Below, piece after piece: positions 35,903 to 49,293 of a stretch of DNA of 64,000 bases. This DNA comes from Lepidodermella squamata (taxonomy: Eukaryota > Animalia > Gastrotricha). Position 1 is the stretch's first letter. Every line of letters begins with the position of its first letter. The stretch spans positions 620,001-684,000 of the forward strand of contig JBLDXI010000031.1 of NCBI GenBank assembly GCA_047495785.1, read 5' to 3'. The notes beneath the pieces are model-generated. The model ran no database searches, was not told where the DNA came from, and saw only the letters and a program-made list of their open reading frames with translations. The position numbers and the translations under genes are program-made.

Positions 35903-38070
35903 ATGACTAGTTTCTTGAACGGAGCGTTGCTCTTTGTTGCCTTGCCACTTTTGGCAACGTGCCAACCTCAGTGGGCTCGCCAAAGCGGGCCTGTTGCTGA
36001 GGTTCCGGTTAACCTCAACATCAAACTTCAAGAGAACTTCGATGTCAAACGCTATGTTGGTCAATGGTACGATCTCTACCACTCAAAAGGCCTACCCTAC
36101 CAGAACGGAACCGACGTAACCGCAAATTACACCCTCAACGCCAACAACACCCTGACAGTTTATAACAAGCAATGGATAAACGCGTCGAACACCTTTGAGG
36201 CTATCATTGGCCTTGCGAAGGTTGTGAACGCCAGCCAGCCGGCTAGGATGAACGTTCAATTCCCTGGCTTCTCGCCGGGCGGTGACTACAGGATCCTGTA
36301 TACTGACTACGACAATATCGCCCTGGTCTACAGCGAGTTTTCAGTGTTCAATCGAACAATCAAGTACGGGTATATCCTGGTCAGAAGTTTGGATATCAGT
36401 GAAGACATGATCGATATGGCCTTTGACATTTTCCAAGAACGAACTGGTTTAACGGAAGATTCTTTCGAGAGGACGAAATTTGGCGTCGCGAGGAATAACA
36501 ACGTGGTTGTTAGGGTAGCTCCACCAGGTTTCACGAGCTATTACGACCCGAGGGGCAATCCAACAGCACCCCGAGGAGAGATTCCAGATTTCGTCCGACA
36601 AATGATGGGAGGCAATAATGCTGATATGGCTGGAATTCCTGATTTCGTTCGTAACATGATGAACGGAGGGGGGAAGGTAAGTATACATTAAAAAGCTTTC
36701 TCCGAGTTAATTTTCTGTTTTCAATGATTAAAGCCTCCTGGTCAGATGCAATTCCCAGCTGCGAACTACACTTCGCTCGATATCCCTCTGCAGCCGAATT
36801 TCGATAAGACAAAATATATGGGCCTTTGGTACAACGTCTACTACACACCGAATATGCCCTTCCAAAACGGAACTGACGTCACAGCGAACTACACTCTCAA
36901 CCCAAATGGTACAGTTGTTGTATTCAACCGTCAATGGTTAGTCGAAGCTAAGCGATGGGACGAAATCCGTGGCTTAGCTTGGGTCCCGAATGCCACACAA
37001 CCAGCTCGTTTGATCGTTGGATTCCCCGGCTTCCCATCTGATGGCGACTACCGGGTCCTGTACACCGACTACGACAACATCTCCCTCGTCTACAGTGAAT
37101 TTTCGTTGTTCGGCAAGGTTTACAAATACGCCTGGTTCTTATCGAGAACTCAAAACCCGTCTGATATGCTTGTCAAGCGGGCGTTTGAGATTTACAAGAT
37201 CAGGACTAATTTGACCGAAGCTAACTTCACGAAGACGAGGTATGGCGTTGCGTCGACCAATGCATCAGCTGTCATGACTGCCCCACCCGGTTTCCGAGGC
37301 TTCTACACCCCAGATCCGAACAGCCGTGGGGCAGGCATTCCTGATTTCGTGAGAGACATGCTTGGAAGTGGCGGCCAGATTCCTGATTTTGTCCGTCAAA
37401 TGCTTGGAGACAAGGTAAGCTTTTCAAATTTTTCTGGAGGTTTTCAATAATTTGAACGAAATAATTATAGTCTGGCCCCGGTTCTCCGCCTCAATTTCCT
37501 CCAGTCATCCTGACAGGACTAAACATCTCTCTTCAGGAGAATTTCAACAAAACTCGTTATGCTGGACTTTGGTACAACATCTTCTACACCCCGAATATGC
37601 CCTTCCAAAACGGGACTGATGTAACGGCAAATTACGGCATTAATGCTGATGGAAGTGTCAACGTCACAAACAGGCAATGGTTTGTCGAAGCTAAGCGTTG
37701 GGATATCATTCGAGGTAAAGCTAGAGTTGCCAATGCAAGCAGACCCGCTCAGCTAATCGTCAGTTTCCCCGGTTTCCCTGATGGCGACTATCGAGTCCTG
37801 TACACAGATTACACTAATATCGCCCTGGTCTACAGTGAATTTGAAGCCTTTGGAAAGACAGTTAAATACGCGTGGTTCCTTTCGAGGACGAAAAACCCTG
37901 ACCAGAGCCTTGTTGATTACGGCTTCAGAATCTATCAGTCCAAGACTGGTTTGACGAAAACGGATTTCAAGAAAATAGAATTCGGTGTTGGATATGGCGA
38001 TGACGCTGTAGTCATGACCGCTCCTCCAGGTTTCCGTGGATACTACACGCAATCTTCTCGGTCCTCGTAA
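35903..38070 (+). CDS. Triple-domain lipocalin (3 exons, one domain per exon)
   Basis: Exons 35903-36676, 36734-37414 and 37471-38070 with phase-0 introns; IPDFVRxM linkers; TATA near 35853. Confidence 0.85.
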
Positions 38071-38250
38071 ATGAAAGGACTCGTTTTCAACAATACTGAT
38101 TTAGTGGTTAACCGTTTTCCAATTTTAATAAAAAATGAAAGACTTATTCGTGTGATCACGATACCAGAACTGCTTGAACTCCGTCACGTTTTCCGTGGGT
38201 GGGAATTTTTATATGACACAAATGGGTAAAGCAAGTAGCATTTTGTGAAC

Positions 38251-39004
38251 ATGACGTTGTCAGCACACATTATTTTTGGGTTCTGTATTTGGGCTCTTTG
38301 CATCGTAGACCTAGCAACGGCTGCACGAGGATACGAGCCATCGGTCGATCAAAGCCGTGAGATTTTGAAGTTGGACCAAAGGATTCCCGATGACGTTCGC
38401 AACATGATGAACCAGATGGTAATTTGCTGTATGGCTTTAAATAATTGATGTTAAGTTTTATTATAATTGTGAATAGACCAAGCCTGTTCAAATGCCTCCC
38501 TTTCCCCCGCCAATAGAAACAGGACTTGATATCCCTCTTCAAGAGAACTTCAATCTAACCAATTTTCTCGGTCGTTGGCATAACGTGTATTCTACACCGA
38601 ACATCCCTTACCAGAATGGGACTGCTATCACCTTTCTTTACAGCATTGGGGACGATGGATATGTGTCTATAGCTAAACGTCAGTGGTCTTCAGACGCACA
38701 GCGCTGGCAGGTCGCTCGAGGCATGGCGAGAAGTTACAATGACACGAGACCGGCCCATCTTGTAGTTAGCTTTCCCGATGACTTCGAAGGGGATTTTCGA
38801 ATCTTGCATACGGATTACGACAACATCGCGCTGGTTCACAGTCAGTTTTCACTATATGGCCTTATTACAAATTATGGCTGGTTTCTATCTCGGTCTTGGC
38901 CTCTTCATCAGAAGTGGTTGGACGAGGGCTTCGCTATTTTCGAGAACAGGACTGGTTTGACATCAGCTGATTTTGTGAAGGTGGAGCAAAGTGCGGGAAA
39001 ATAA
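38251..39004 (+). CDS. Secreted lipocalin (2 exons)
   Basis: Exons 38251-38418 and 38477-39004; FLGRWH, HTDYDN, GWFLSR. Confidence 0.87.
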
Positions 39005-39339
39005 ATTTGCTGAGGATTTCCGAAATTTAAATTATCGACTGAAACATTTTTGAATAAATTTATCATAAATTATCATGGCCGCTTCCAACACTTTTTGGCG
39101 TAGGATCGATTATCTCTGCTTATATTTCTGTCCACACATTAACGAGAAGAATAGTTGTAAAAGATGATGAAGTTTCTCGAATGAAGTTTCATACGTGTTA
39201 AGGTATTAGTGTTAATGACTTGCTGCTAATCATCACCCATCGTTAAGAGCCATCGGCCTAATAACAAAGGACCTAACTCATTCAAACAAATATTGTAAAC
39301 AAAATACAGCTACACATTTTCAGAACAAAAGAAGTGCCT

Positions 39340-40089
39340 ATGTTTTCACTTTGTGTAGCCCTTTCTTCGATCGCGCCACTTCTGGTAGCTTCGCAGCCCG
39401 ATTGGCGAGGCCAAAGCGATGTTCCACTTGGTATGGGTCCTCAGCCTCCAATTCGTGGCTTTGTGAAGAATATGTTTGACAATGGCAATGGCCAGATGCA
39501 AATGCCGCCAGTTACCTACACGTCACTGGACATGCCCCTTCAACCTAACCTCAATAAGCTGAGATACATGGGTCTCTGGTACAACATCTACTACACACCG
39601 AATATGCCTTTCCAAAATGGCACTGACATCACTGCAAACTACACCCTCAACAAGGATGGATCTATTGTAGTGTTCAACCGCCAATGGCTCGTCGAGGCGA
39701 ATAGATGGGAGGAAATCAGAGGATCGGCAATCGTTACTGATGAAAACCAGCCTTCAAGACTTAACGTTAGCTTCCCTGGGTTCCCATCTGGCGAGTATCG
39801 CGTTCTTTACACGGACTACTCGAACATCTCCCTGGTTTACAGCGAATTCTCAGTGTTTGGCAAAGTCTTCAAATACGCCTGGTTTTTGTCTCGCACTATC
39901 AATCCACCGTACTCTTTGGTGAGACTCGGATTCGAGGTCTTTAGGGTCAGGACGAAACTTACACCGGCCGATTTCGTACTCACAAGATATGGCGTTGGCT
40001 ATGGCTCGAATTCCGTCGCCATGACAGCTCCGCCCGGTTTTCAAGGCTATTACACCGCAGATCCGAGGATTGGAAATTACAGGAACTGA
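39340..40089 (+). CDS. Secreted lipocalin (intronless)
   Basis: Signal peptide; YMGLWY, YTDYSN, AWFLSR. Confidence 0.9.
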   Translation: MFSLCVALSSIAPLLVASQPDWRGQSDVPLGMGPQPPIRGFVKNMFDNGNGQMQMPPVTYTSLDMPLQPNLNKLRYMGLWYNIYYTPNMPFQNGTDITANYTLNKDGSIVVFNRQWLVEANRWEEIRGSAIVTDENQPSRLNVSFPGFPSGEYRVLYTDYSNISLVYSEFSVFGKVFKYAWFLSRTINPPYSLVRLGFEVFRVRTKLTPADFVLTRYGVGYGSNSVAMTAPPGFQGYYTADPRIGNYRN

Positions 40090-40405
40090 GGCAATACCAA
40101 TTCAAGCTGGCGGGAAATTGAAAGCTTGAAATAAAACAGTGAAGAAAATTTCTGGATTTTTTCATCAAAAAAGTAAAAAACGCCTCGATTGTAAATATAA
40201 AGGATCCAGAGTAAACACACCTACATAAGGCCTGGAAAAGGAGCCGGTATTTTTTTTTGCTTGCCCGTGCTCGCATAAAAAGTTGTCCATTCTAAGTAGC
40301 CCATGCATTGTTTTGGTTGTAAATATAGCAATATGGCCTCAAAGTCGAGGACTTTTAGCGTATATAAAGCCATTCTGAAAGCCGCTGAACACTCAGTTTC
40401 TAGCA

Positions 40406-42526
40406 ATGCTTTCTCACACGTTACTAGTTTTGGCCTTTGCGCCAATTGCCGTATTTGGCCAGCCAGAATGGGTGAAACAAATGTTGGCGAATGGTGGCGG
40501 GCAAGGTGGGGATCAATCCAACAAGTTGTCCTTTGAACCGGTTCCAATCAACACTGACATCCCACTTCAGAGAAATTTCGATCTTAGACGATACACTGGT
40601 ATATGGTACGATATCTACCATACGAAGAACCTCCCATTCCAGAACGGAACTGATAGTGTTGCAAACTACACATTGAACCCGAATGGAACCTTGAACTTGG
40701 ATGGCAAGCAATGGACAGTTGAAGCGCAAGCATTCGAGCGTTTGATTGGTCTTGCGACGCCCAAGGATCCAGCTAAGCCAGAATTCCTGATTGCGACTTT
40801 CCCTGGTTTCCCCGGTGGAGATTACAGAATCTTATACACTGACTACGACAACGTCGCTGCAATTTTCAGCAATTTCCGAACTTTAGGTCAAGATGTGCTG
40901 TACGCCTATATCAACGCTCGTATGCTGGACCCACCTCAGGAGAAATTGGACGCAGCTTTTGCTGCATTGGCGAAGATTGGAGTTACCCGAGATATGATGG
41001 AGAAGGCTCGGCATGGCTACGCTACAAATAACCGAGTAATCATGCGAACACCAGAGCCTGGTTTCACTAGCTACTACGACACTAACAACCGGAGAAATAA
41101 CGCAAGCCAAAGCGGCATCCCAGACTTTGTTCGTAACATGATGGGCAACAACTCAGGTGGGGGAATTCCAGATTTTGTTCGAAATATGATGGGAGGAGGA
41201 AACGGGGCTCCACAAATGCCACCCTTCAACCCGACGTCACTTGACCTCCCTCTCCAGCCAAATTTTGATAAGACGAGATACATGGGGCTTTGGTACAACC
41301 CGTATTATACCAAAAACATGCCCTTCCAGAACGGGACTGATGTCACCGCGAACTATACGTTGAACCCAAATGGCACAGCTGCTGTTTTTAATCGCCAATG
41401 GAATCGAGAGAATAGATATTGGGATGTCATTCGTGGTATCGCTCGAGGAGCTGATCCGAACCAGCCAGCTCGGTTCATCGTTGAATTCCCTGGCTTCACT
41501 GGGGGAGACTACCGTGTGTTGTTTACTGACTACGACAACATCGCCCTTGTCTATAGTGAGCAGAACTATTTCGGGAAAATCGTGAAAAGCGCTTGGTTCC
41601 TATCGCGAACACCGACGCCCAGTGAAGCTAATGTGCGGCGAGGATTCGAAATCTACCGCAACCGAACTGGCCTGATGATGAATGACTTTGTGAAAACTGA
41701 GTTTGGAGTAGGAACCGGTAATAGAAACATCCTAATGACACCGCCGCCAAATTTCCAGGGCTACTACACCTCACCTCGACCGGTTAATATCGAAAGCATT
41801 CCACTTCAAGCGAATTTCAACCAGACAGCATATTTGGGTAAATGGTACGAGATTTTCCGTCATAAGAGGATACCATTTCAATCCGGGACTGACGTCACTG
41901 CAACTTACTCTTCAAACCCTGATGGCACGATCGGAGTATTGAATCGTGAATGGCTTTTGAACGATAAGAGATGGACCCAAGTCAGAGGGTTTGCTCGGCC
42001 CGTTTCAGGGGCTAGGTACACCGTTCAGTTCGCCCCGGGTGCTCCGCCAGGTGACTACCGAGTTCTCTACACAGATTACGAGACCATGTCTGTGGTGTAC
42101 AGCGAATTTCAACTCGGTCCATTCAAGTCTCAGTACGGTTGGATTCTGTCCCGAACTCCTGAGTTGAGCGACAATAACATCGAGCTGGCTTTCAATCTAT
42201 TGGCGAAAACTGGCTTGACTAAGGATGATTTCTTCAAAACCCCGCATGGTGTAGGAGGCGATTCTGGATCGCAGCTAGCCGGTGGGGAAACTCCTCCCCC
42301 GCTTCAGAGGCGTCTATTGGTAGGCCGGGAGAAGTGTACTTATCAGCTGCCGAGTACAACTTGCGAAAAAAATCTTCAACCGCCATTGATTGTGTACGAC
42401 ATAAATACAAACCAGTGTGGTCTGCAGCTGACTGGTTGCGACAATTCTCCGATTGAGCCATATGCGTTTTCGAGTGCTGATGAGTGCTTCAGAACGTGCA
42501 TTCTGCAGAGACCTGGACGTAACTGA
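40406..42526 (+). CDS. Triple lipocalin with C-terminal Kunitz-like domain (intronless)
   Basis: 706-aa ORF with three GxWY/TDY/SR motif sets, then C-x8-C-x17-C-x6-C-x15-C-x3-C ending AFSSADECFRTC. Confidence 0.9.
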   Translation: MLSHTLLVLAFAPIAVFGQPEWVKQMLANGGGQGGDQSNKLSFEPVPINTDIPLQRNFDLRRYTGIWYDIYHTKNLPFQNGTDSVANYTLNPNGTLNLDGKQWTVEAQAFERLIGLATPKDPAKPEFLIATFPGFPGGDYRILYTDYDNVAAIFSNFRTLGQDVLYAYINARMLDPPQEKLDAAFAALAKIGVTRDMMEKARHGYATNNRVIMRTPEPGFTSYYDTNNRRNNASQSGIPDFVRNMMGNNSGGGIPDFVRNMMGGGNGAPQMPPFNPTSLDLPLQPNFDKTRYMGLWYNPYYTKNMPFQNGTDVTANYTLNPNGTAAVFNRQWNRENRYWDVIRGIARGADPNQPARFIVEFPGFTGGDYRVLFTDYDNIALVYSEQNYFGKIVKSAWFLSRTPTPSEANVRRGFEIYRNRTGLMMNDFVKTEFGVGTGNRNILMTPPPNFQGYYTSPRPVNIESIPLQANFNQTAYLGKWYEIFRHKRIPFQSGTDVTATYSSNPDGTIGVLNREWLLNDKRWTQVRGFARPVSGARYTVQFAPGAPPGDYRVLYTDYETMSVVYSEFQLGPFKSQYGWILSRTPELSDNNIELAFNLLAKTGLTKDDFFKTPHGVGGDSGSQLAGGETPPPLQRRLLVGREKCTYQLPSTTCEKNLQPPLIVYDINTNQCGLQLTGCDNSPIEPYAFSSADECFRTCILQRPGRN

Positions 42527-42619
42527 AAGAAACTGAACGTCTAAAAGGCGTAACCCAAATACTATTCCTTGTTTTTTAATAAAGCACGATTTAAACTGTG
42601 GAATTATCGTCTTATTTCC

Positions 42620-42860
42620 AAGGTAAACGTTTTCCTCCAAGCATCAACCTACGGAGATCTCAAAACTGAGGAGGCAAGTTTGGGCCTCAAAGGCGCAGCA
42701 TTAATTCTCGATGCCGAGACCGTAAACAAAAATGGATGTGGTGGCTATGTGAACACAGGAAAAGTGTATCGCCCAATGGGCACACAATTCTGTGTTCACA
42801 TAGACATGACCAATAAAAATGATAGATCATCAGTGCTTCAGAACTCGCAACAAGAAGAGG
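42620..42860 (+). mobile_element. Possible degenerate GIY-YIG (Penelope-like) endonuclease remnant
   Basis: KNGCGGYVNTGKVYRPMGTQFCVH...RSSVLQ loosely fits the CxxxYIGxTxRxLxxRxxEH...SAVxxH pattern. Confidence 0.3.
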
Positions 42861-43150
42861 ACCTGGACGCATATAAAAGAAATGAAACTCTAACGACAAC
42901 AGCTATGATACTTTTTAGTTTAAATAAAGGATTATGCTAAATGTTGAGACTTTTCCTTCCTCGTTTCAACCAAGGTATTAGAATTTTCACTTATGAGGGG
43001 CGATAGCGTAGTAGCAAAACGTTCATCATGAATAAATCCGAGCGAATCATGCTGAAATCATTGAGATTCACCGAGAAAACGGCTTTGAATGATTTTAGCT
43101 ATTCTTTAGAGTTATCAATTAGTTCTCGCATTGGGATATGTAATGAAATA

Positions 43151-43925
43151 CAGTGTGTCCGCGAAATAATACGCACCTATTTTTAGACTTGTAAGGCAAG
43201 TCGCAGATGTTGCTCAAGGCGCGTGACTCCTTAGGCTAGTTTTCAAATATAAGGATTATTTCGCACGTGCCACTTTGTAAAAAGTATGATATTTTTTATG
43301 AATGCACACACCGTGAAAATAAGAATTTAAATGATCAAATTTTTGTCCAAATTATTATCGACGGTGTTTAAAAGAACTACTCTAAAAATGGAATATACAA
43401 ATCAATTATTCAAAGTTTCATTTCCTCGATGCGTCCAGTTTTCAAATGTCCTGTTGTTTCGAGACTTTCGAGTTAATTTTCATATCAAAAGTAAAGAAAA
43501 ACAACGGTCATGAAAAGCAGCCCGAGAGCCGAGATGAATTGAATTAAATTGAAATTAAATTTAAGCTTTTTTGTGAAAAACATAGCAACTGGAACGTGTT
43601 TTCTGCTACTGAACCCCTATTCGATTTTTTTTTTACCGATTCCAGTATGTTTTATATGCCTTGTTTGGAAGAGCTTAACTTTTAATTTCACATTTCTCAC
43701 ATAAATAGGTAAACAAAGGCATTTTTTCCAAGCAATACCTATCCGTTCCGTTTCTTGAAATTATGATTTCAATTAGTTCTTTAACACAAAAATGGTGAAA
43801 ATTTTAGATCGCAGAGATCGCAGAGATCGCAAAGATCGCACTAGCTAAGATTTTAGGGCACGCGACACAGATGCCACATGGTGACTCGGCTATTTTTAGG
43901 TGCGTATTATTTCGCGGACACACTG
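43151..43925. mobile_element. Tc1/mariner-type non-autonomous element (775 bp)
   Basis: Perfect 29-bp TIRs CAGTGTGTCCGCGAAATAATACGCACCTA with a TA TSD on both sides. No transposase ORF. Confidence 0.9.
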
Positions 43926-44291
43926 TATTGTTCGAAAAAGTGAAAGAAGTATTCTGCAATCGCATGAAAGAGTAACTCCTCAACATGTTTGACCTCGAAT
44001 TTGATTCTTGACGCACGCATGATACCTACACATGTACATAACATAACACACGCCCTTATACACACTACACATTATAAAACAATGACAGCGTAAAAAGCCA
44101 ATGTGCCACACTTGGCTATGAGGCTTGTCTCAACGAACCAGGTCGATTGTTCGCCAAGCGTCCTGTTAAACACCAGCCTGTCCGAGATAACCCGGTCGGG
44201 CGGTACGTATTAATTGGCATGTAGACCACTTGCAATGCTATAAAAAGGGCTCTTGATGAACAAAACTGTTTATTCATCAGTCGACTCCACG

Positions 44292-46408
44292 ATGTTTTTA
44301 CAAACTTTTATCACCAACTGCATTCTTATTGCTGCCACAGTCTATGGCCAAGGTGAGATTCCGGACTTCGTTAAGAAGATTCTAGCTGCTCAGAATGGAA
44401 CAATGCCCACCGGTTACACGTTCAACCCTACGAATCTTCAGATACCACTTCAGCAAAATTTTGATAAGGCACGGTATATGGGCCTATGGTACAACACTTA
44501 CTACACTGTGGGCATACCGTTTCTAACCGGTTCAGATGTCACGGTTGAGTACACGTTGAATGCAAACGGAACTGTAGCTGTTTTGAACCGGCAATGGAGC
44601 AAAGAGGCGAATCGTTGGGAATATATATCTGCGATAGGAGCCGACCCTATGCAACCAGCTCGTCTCATCGTTCAATTCCCAGGATTTCCACCGGGCGACT
44701 ATCGAGTATTATACACTGACTACGACAACATCGCCGTGGCCTATTGTGAGGAGACTTATGTTGATAAAATGCTCAAAACTGGTTGGGTACTAACTCGGGT
44801 GCCAAAGCCAGACGAAGCGCTTATTCGACGTGGATTTGAGATTTTCCTCAATCGAACAGGTCTAACTCGAGACGATTTCGTGAAAACAGAGTTTGGTCTT
44901 GCGACGAATAGCGATAGTTATCTCATCACTCCACCGCCCTTCTTCCAGGAATTCGTTCTTCCTAAAACGGATCGCCAAGCTGAGATTCCGGACTTCGTTA
45001 AACAGCTGCTAGCGGCATCGAAGAATGACTCAAAGCTTATCGGGAATGTGTACGATACTACAAATCTTCAAATACCGCTTCAGCAAAACTTCAACAAAAC
45101 GCGTTACGCAGGGCAATGGTACAATACTTACTACACCAAGGATATACCATTTCAAAACGGCTCAGATGTCGTGGTTAACTATACGCTGAATGCAAATGGA
45201 ACAGTCACCGTTTTAAACCGGCAATGGACTAAAGAAGCAAATGTTTGGGAATATATTCGCGGAATCGCCCGAGGAGCAGACCTTGAGCAACCAGCTCGTT
45301 TAATCGTTCAATTCCCCGGATTTCCAGCTGGTGACTATCGAGTCTTGTATACTGACTACGACAACATCGCCGTGGTATACAGTGAGGAGTCCTACTTTGG
45401 TAACATCGTGAAAACCGGCTGGGTGCTAACCAGAGTGAAAAACCCTGACGAAAAGCTTGTTCGACGCGCTTTCGAAATTTATCGCAATCGGACCGGTTTG
45501 ACACGTGATGATTTCGTGAAGACAGAATTTGGCCTTGCGAAGAATAATAACAGTGTTTTGATCACTCCACCGCCCTTTTTCCAGGGGTATTACACAACGC
45601 CGAAACCTGATCGCCAATCTGATCTGAATCTACAGCCGAATTTCAATGTGACAGCTTACGCTGGTACTTGGTACCAACTCGCTAGGACGGAAGATATTCC
45701 ATTCCAAGTTAAGGACGCAACGGATACGGTTCTCGAGTACACTGTAAACGGAAATGGACTCTAACCATCAACAATCGAGAATGGCTGCCGAACGCCAACC
45801 GCTGGCTTCTAGCTGCAAGCTTGGCCACTCAAGTAGAAAATGCGCGGTTCGTAGTATCAATGGGTCCCGATAGTCCTACTGGTGACTATCGAGTTTTATA
45901 CACGGATTATAAAACGATGGCTGTTGTCTTCAGTGAGGATGAGTATCAAGGCTTCAAGGCATCGGGCGCTTGGATTTTGAGCAGGACGACACAGCTCTCA
46001 GACGAGCTTTGGCGTGATGCTTATCGCAGATTGGACGAGCGTGGCTTCAAGTGTTATACTTTCTTGAAAACGAGGCATGGCCTTGCTAACATAACAACGC
46101 AAACTGTTGCGAAGAACCAAACAGGTCAGCCATTTGTATAATATCCTGAACTCGGCTAATTTTCAAGTTTTTCAGAAAAATGCGCCTATCGCCTAACAAC
46201 TGGTAACTGCCCGAATCCTGGTGATATAGGGACTTACGTGGTGTTCAACGCGAATTCAGGAAGCTGTGAGTTGGTAAAGCGGGCTTGTGACGTGGAAACA
46301 TTGACGATTTACGCCTTTGAAAATCAACTGCAATGTGAGAACGCTTGCACTCGTCGCCGAGGAAATACGGGGATTGGTGACAGCGGGATATTGCAAGTCA
46401 GCGGTTAG
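44292..46408 (+). CDS. Triple lipocalin plus Kunitz-like domain, with a 1-bp frameshift near 45759
   Basis: Exons 44292-46124 and 46176-46408. Adding one A at GGACTCTAA restores GTLTINNREW. The last exon reads KCAYRLTTGNC...AFENQLQCENAC...LQVSG. Confidence 0.8.
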
Positions 46409-47418
46409 AGACAAACAAAGAAATATAGCGACAGCAGTTTTAATTAATCTGAAAATTCAAGCTAATAAAAAAATCTGGATTTCCTAAACATCGGGCTTTC
46501 GCGAAGAAACTAAGTCAATCCAGGGATTTCTGGAAACAAGAATCTATGTTTTTTAAAAGTTGCAAAACTCTCGACATAAAGATTGCATGGATATTTGATG
46601 GATATTAGATATTTGGGGAAAGCGCATGCGAATTTTTGGGATTGGTATATGTTTCAACTTCAACGGCATATATCGTATCATAGGATCGAGGTTATTCGAT
46701 TTAAAAGCCTTACAAGAGTTTATAAAGATAAATCAGGAGGTTCGAGTCTCAGAAGTGAAATCTGCTGTGTAACCTGAAGCCGAATTCAAGACGAAACGAC
46801 AACTAAACAGTCCTTTAATACCATAAATGTAAGGCGAGCGTTTTCCAAGGTTTGATAGGAAAAAACACACCTACCGTGAATGGTAAAAGGTTGGGCAGAA
46901 AATAGGCTGAATCAATTGGAACTGGCCGTTCCAAGGAAAAAATTGACAGACTTCAAGAATAACATTTGGATCATGAGGATAAAATATGAGGTAAACTATT
47001 TCATTTGGATGTATGGTTCATTATGCGACACCTGGCATAAAAATCATCAACAACTTCTCGCCAAGAAAACTCTCTAAATGATATGTGGCTCTCTAGTGAG
47101 TTTAAATTTAAATGTCTTCTAGAAAGTTCTGAAAATTACAAGTCCAAAAAAGCGCGATGTCCTCTTAGAGCAGGCCTTTCATGCGTTAGGGCATTGTTGT
47201 GTTACATGTTCTATTGCACTGAGCTCTACGCTCTACACAATGGCCATGTCCACGTGAATGAGGCCGCCATAGCTGTTCGGCCAACCAATGTCCAGAATAA
47301 CTCAGCCGGCTGTCCAGATATACGCGGTCGCCATGCCATATAAAGCCTATAGCTGCACTCGTCCTATGTGCATATCTCTTCGATTCAAAAATCACTCGAT
47401 ACAACGACAATCGCTACA

Positions 47419-48487
47419 ATGTTTCAACGATTTGCTTGTTTTGCTGCTTTGCTTGTCATTGCCTCGGCGCAGGACGATATTCCGGACTTCGTTCGCCAAA
47501 TTTTGGCCCAAAACGCAGCGATGGGCGGTGGCAACCGACCGATGGCCTCGCCAACCTTCACATCCGACCAAAATCTGCAACCGAATTTCGATAAGCAAGC
47601 TTACACCGGCACTTGGTACCAGCTGGCTAGAACCGACAACATGCCGTTCCAGGCGAAAGGCGCAACCGATACCGTTGTTTCCTACACGCTGAACGCAAAC
47701 GGCAGCATCAGTGTCTACAACAAGGAGTGGCTGCCTGACTCGAAGCGTTGGCTCGTTGCCATGGGCCTGGCTACCGAGGTCGAAAACGCGAGATTTACTG
47801 TCACCTTTGGCCCGCTGAGTCCACCAGGCGACTACCGCGTGCTGTTCACCGATTACACCAACATTTCGATTGTTTTCTCAGAGGACAACTACCAGGGCTT
47901 CACGGTTCGTTACGCGTGGATTCTGGCCCGCGACAGGCAGCTGTCGGATGACATGTGGCGCGATGCTTACCGCCGGTTGGATGAGCGAGGCATAAAGTGC
48001 TACACGATTGTCAAGACTCAACATGGAATTGCTGATCTGTCTGTTTCCGACCAAGCAACCACCGCGAATGCAACTGGTAATTGCTTTATTCCTATGCTAT
48101 AAAATTACAAATTTGAGAATACGAAACTCATTTCTGAAAGAATTCAACTTCGCTTTTGAATTCTAGATATTGTTTCTATTTTTATTTTTCTCCATTTTTT
48201 GCAATTTCTTTTCTTATTTTTCAATATTCATTTTTTCATGGTTTTCAGAAAAGTGCAACTACCGGCCGTCGCCAGGCAGTTGCGAGAATCCTGTTTGGGT
48301 CGGCAATTACATGATGTTCAACGCTGATACGCGCCGCTGCGAGTTCGTGCGCCGATCGTGCGAGGTCAATACGCTCACTTACTACGCTTTCACTGGGCGT
48401 GACGAGTGCGAGAGTGTTTGCCTCAACCGCCGTAATGCAAGCACCAATAACAACAATAATAGCGGTCGTTTGCAAATTTCTGGCTAA
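47419..48487 (+). CDS. Lipocalin plus Kunitz-like domain (2 exons)
   Basis: Exons 47419-48076 and 48249-48487 with a phase-1 junction. Confidence 0.88.
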
Positions 48488-49293
48488 ATGGCTGACATTT
48501 TTACGAAATTAGCTGAGGCCATTTTACTCTTTTGAAATACAAAAGCCTATGTAATTTTTTTATCGTCAGTATGAAAATCTGTTGATCACTTCTACAACCA
48601 ACTTTCGCTTAAACACATCTACATTCCCTTGATAATGAGTCAATTGTTTTCGAGACTTCTTGATTGGCTTCTTGATCAGCAATAAAATACAAATTCAATA
48701 AAGTCGTAGCTCGTTTTTGCGGGAGGAAAAATGTAGATTCAATTGCTAAGAGTAAGAACCGATGGTGTATGCGAGATTGACAGCATAGTTGCCTATGCTT
48801 TCACAACATTACAGGAAAACTTGCAGGAAAAATATGACGTGCCACCCGCGTAGAAAAGTATTGAAAATTTCTGAAAAATAGAAAACACTTAGAGTTTTGA
48901 AACAAGGAACAAGGACAGGATTATGCGGAAAAAGGGAACAACTATCTTATTTTGTAGGGAAATTTTGTCAGAGCCACTTTCAATCTTTTCAAAGTCTACA
49001 TGTATGCAATTATTTATATTAAATGAAACAGCGTTACTGCGGTTGATTATTCTAGTATTTTTTCTCCTGCTCGTGTATATTCATGATCACTTCAACTGCC
49101 AGTTTTTTCCATTCATTTTAATTGCTTTTCATTGTTTGACCACTATTCACGTTTCTGCTTTTGCTGATATTATCACCTCAAATTGTGATGTACTGAGATG
49201 AGAGAAAGATCTCGATTGCAGAGGCGTTGAAATGTGGCGCTTTATAAAGTGAGGAAATCCGAAATAAGATAAAATTGCAATTACGCATTCGTA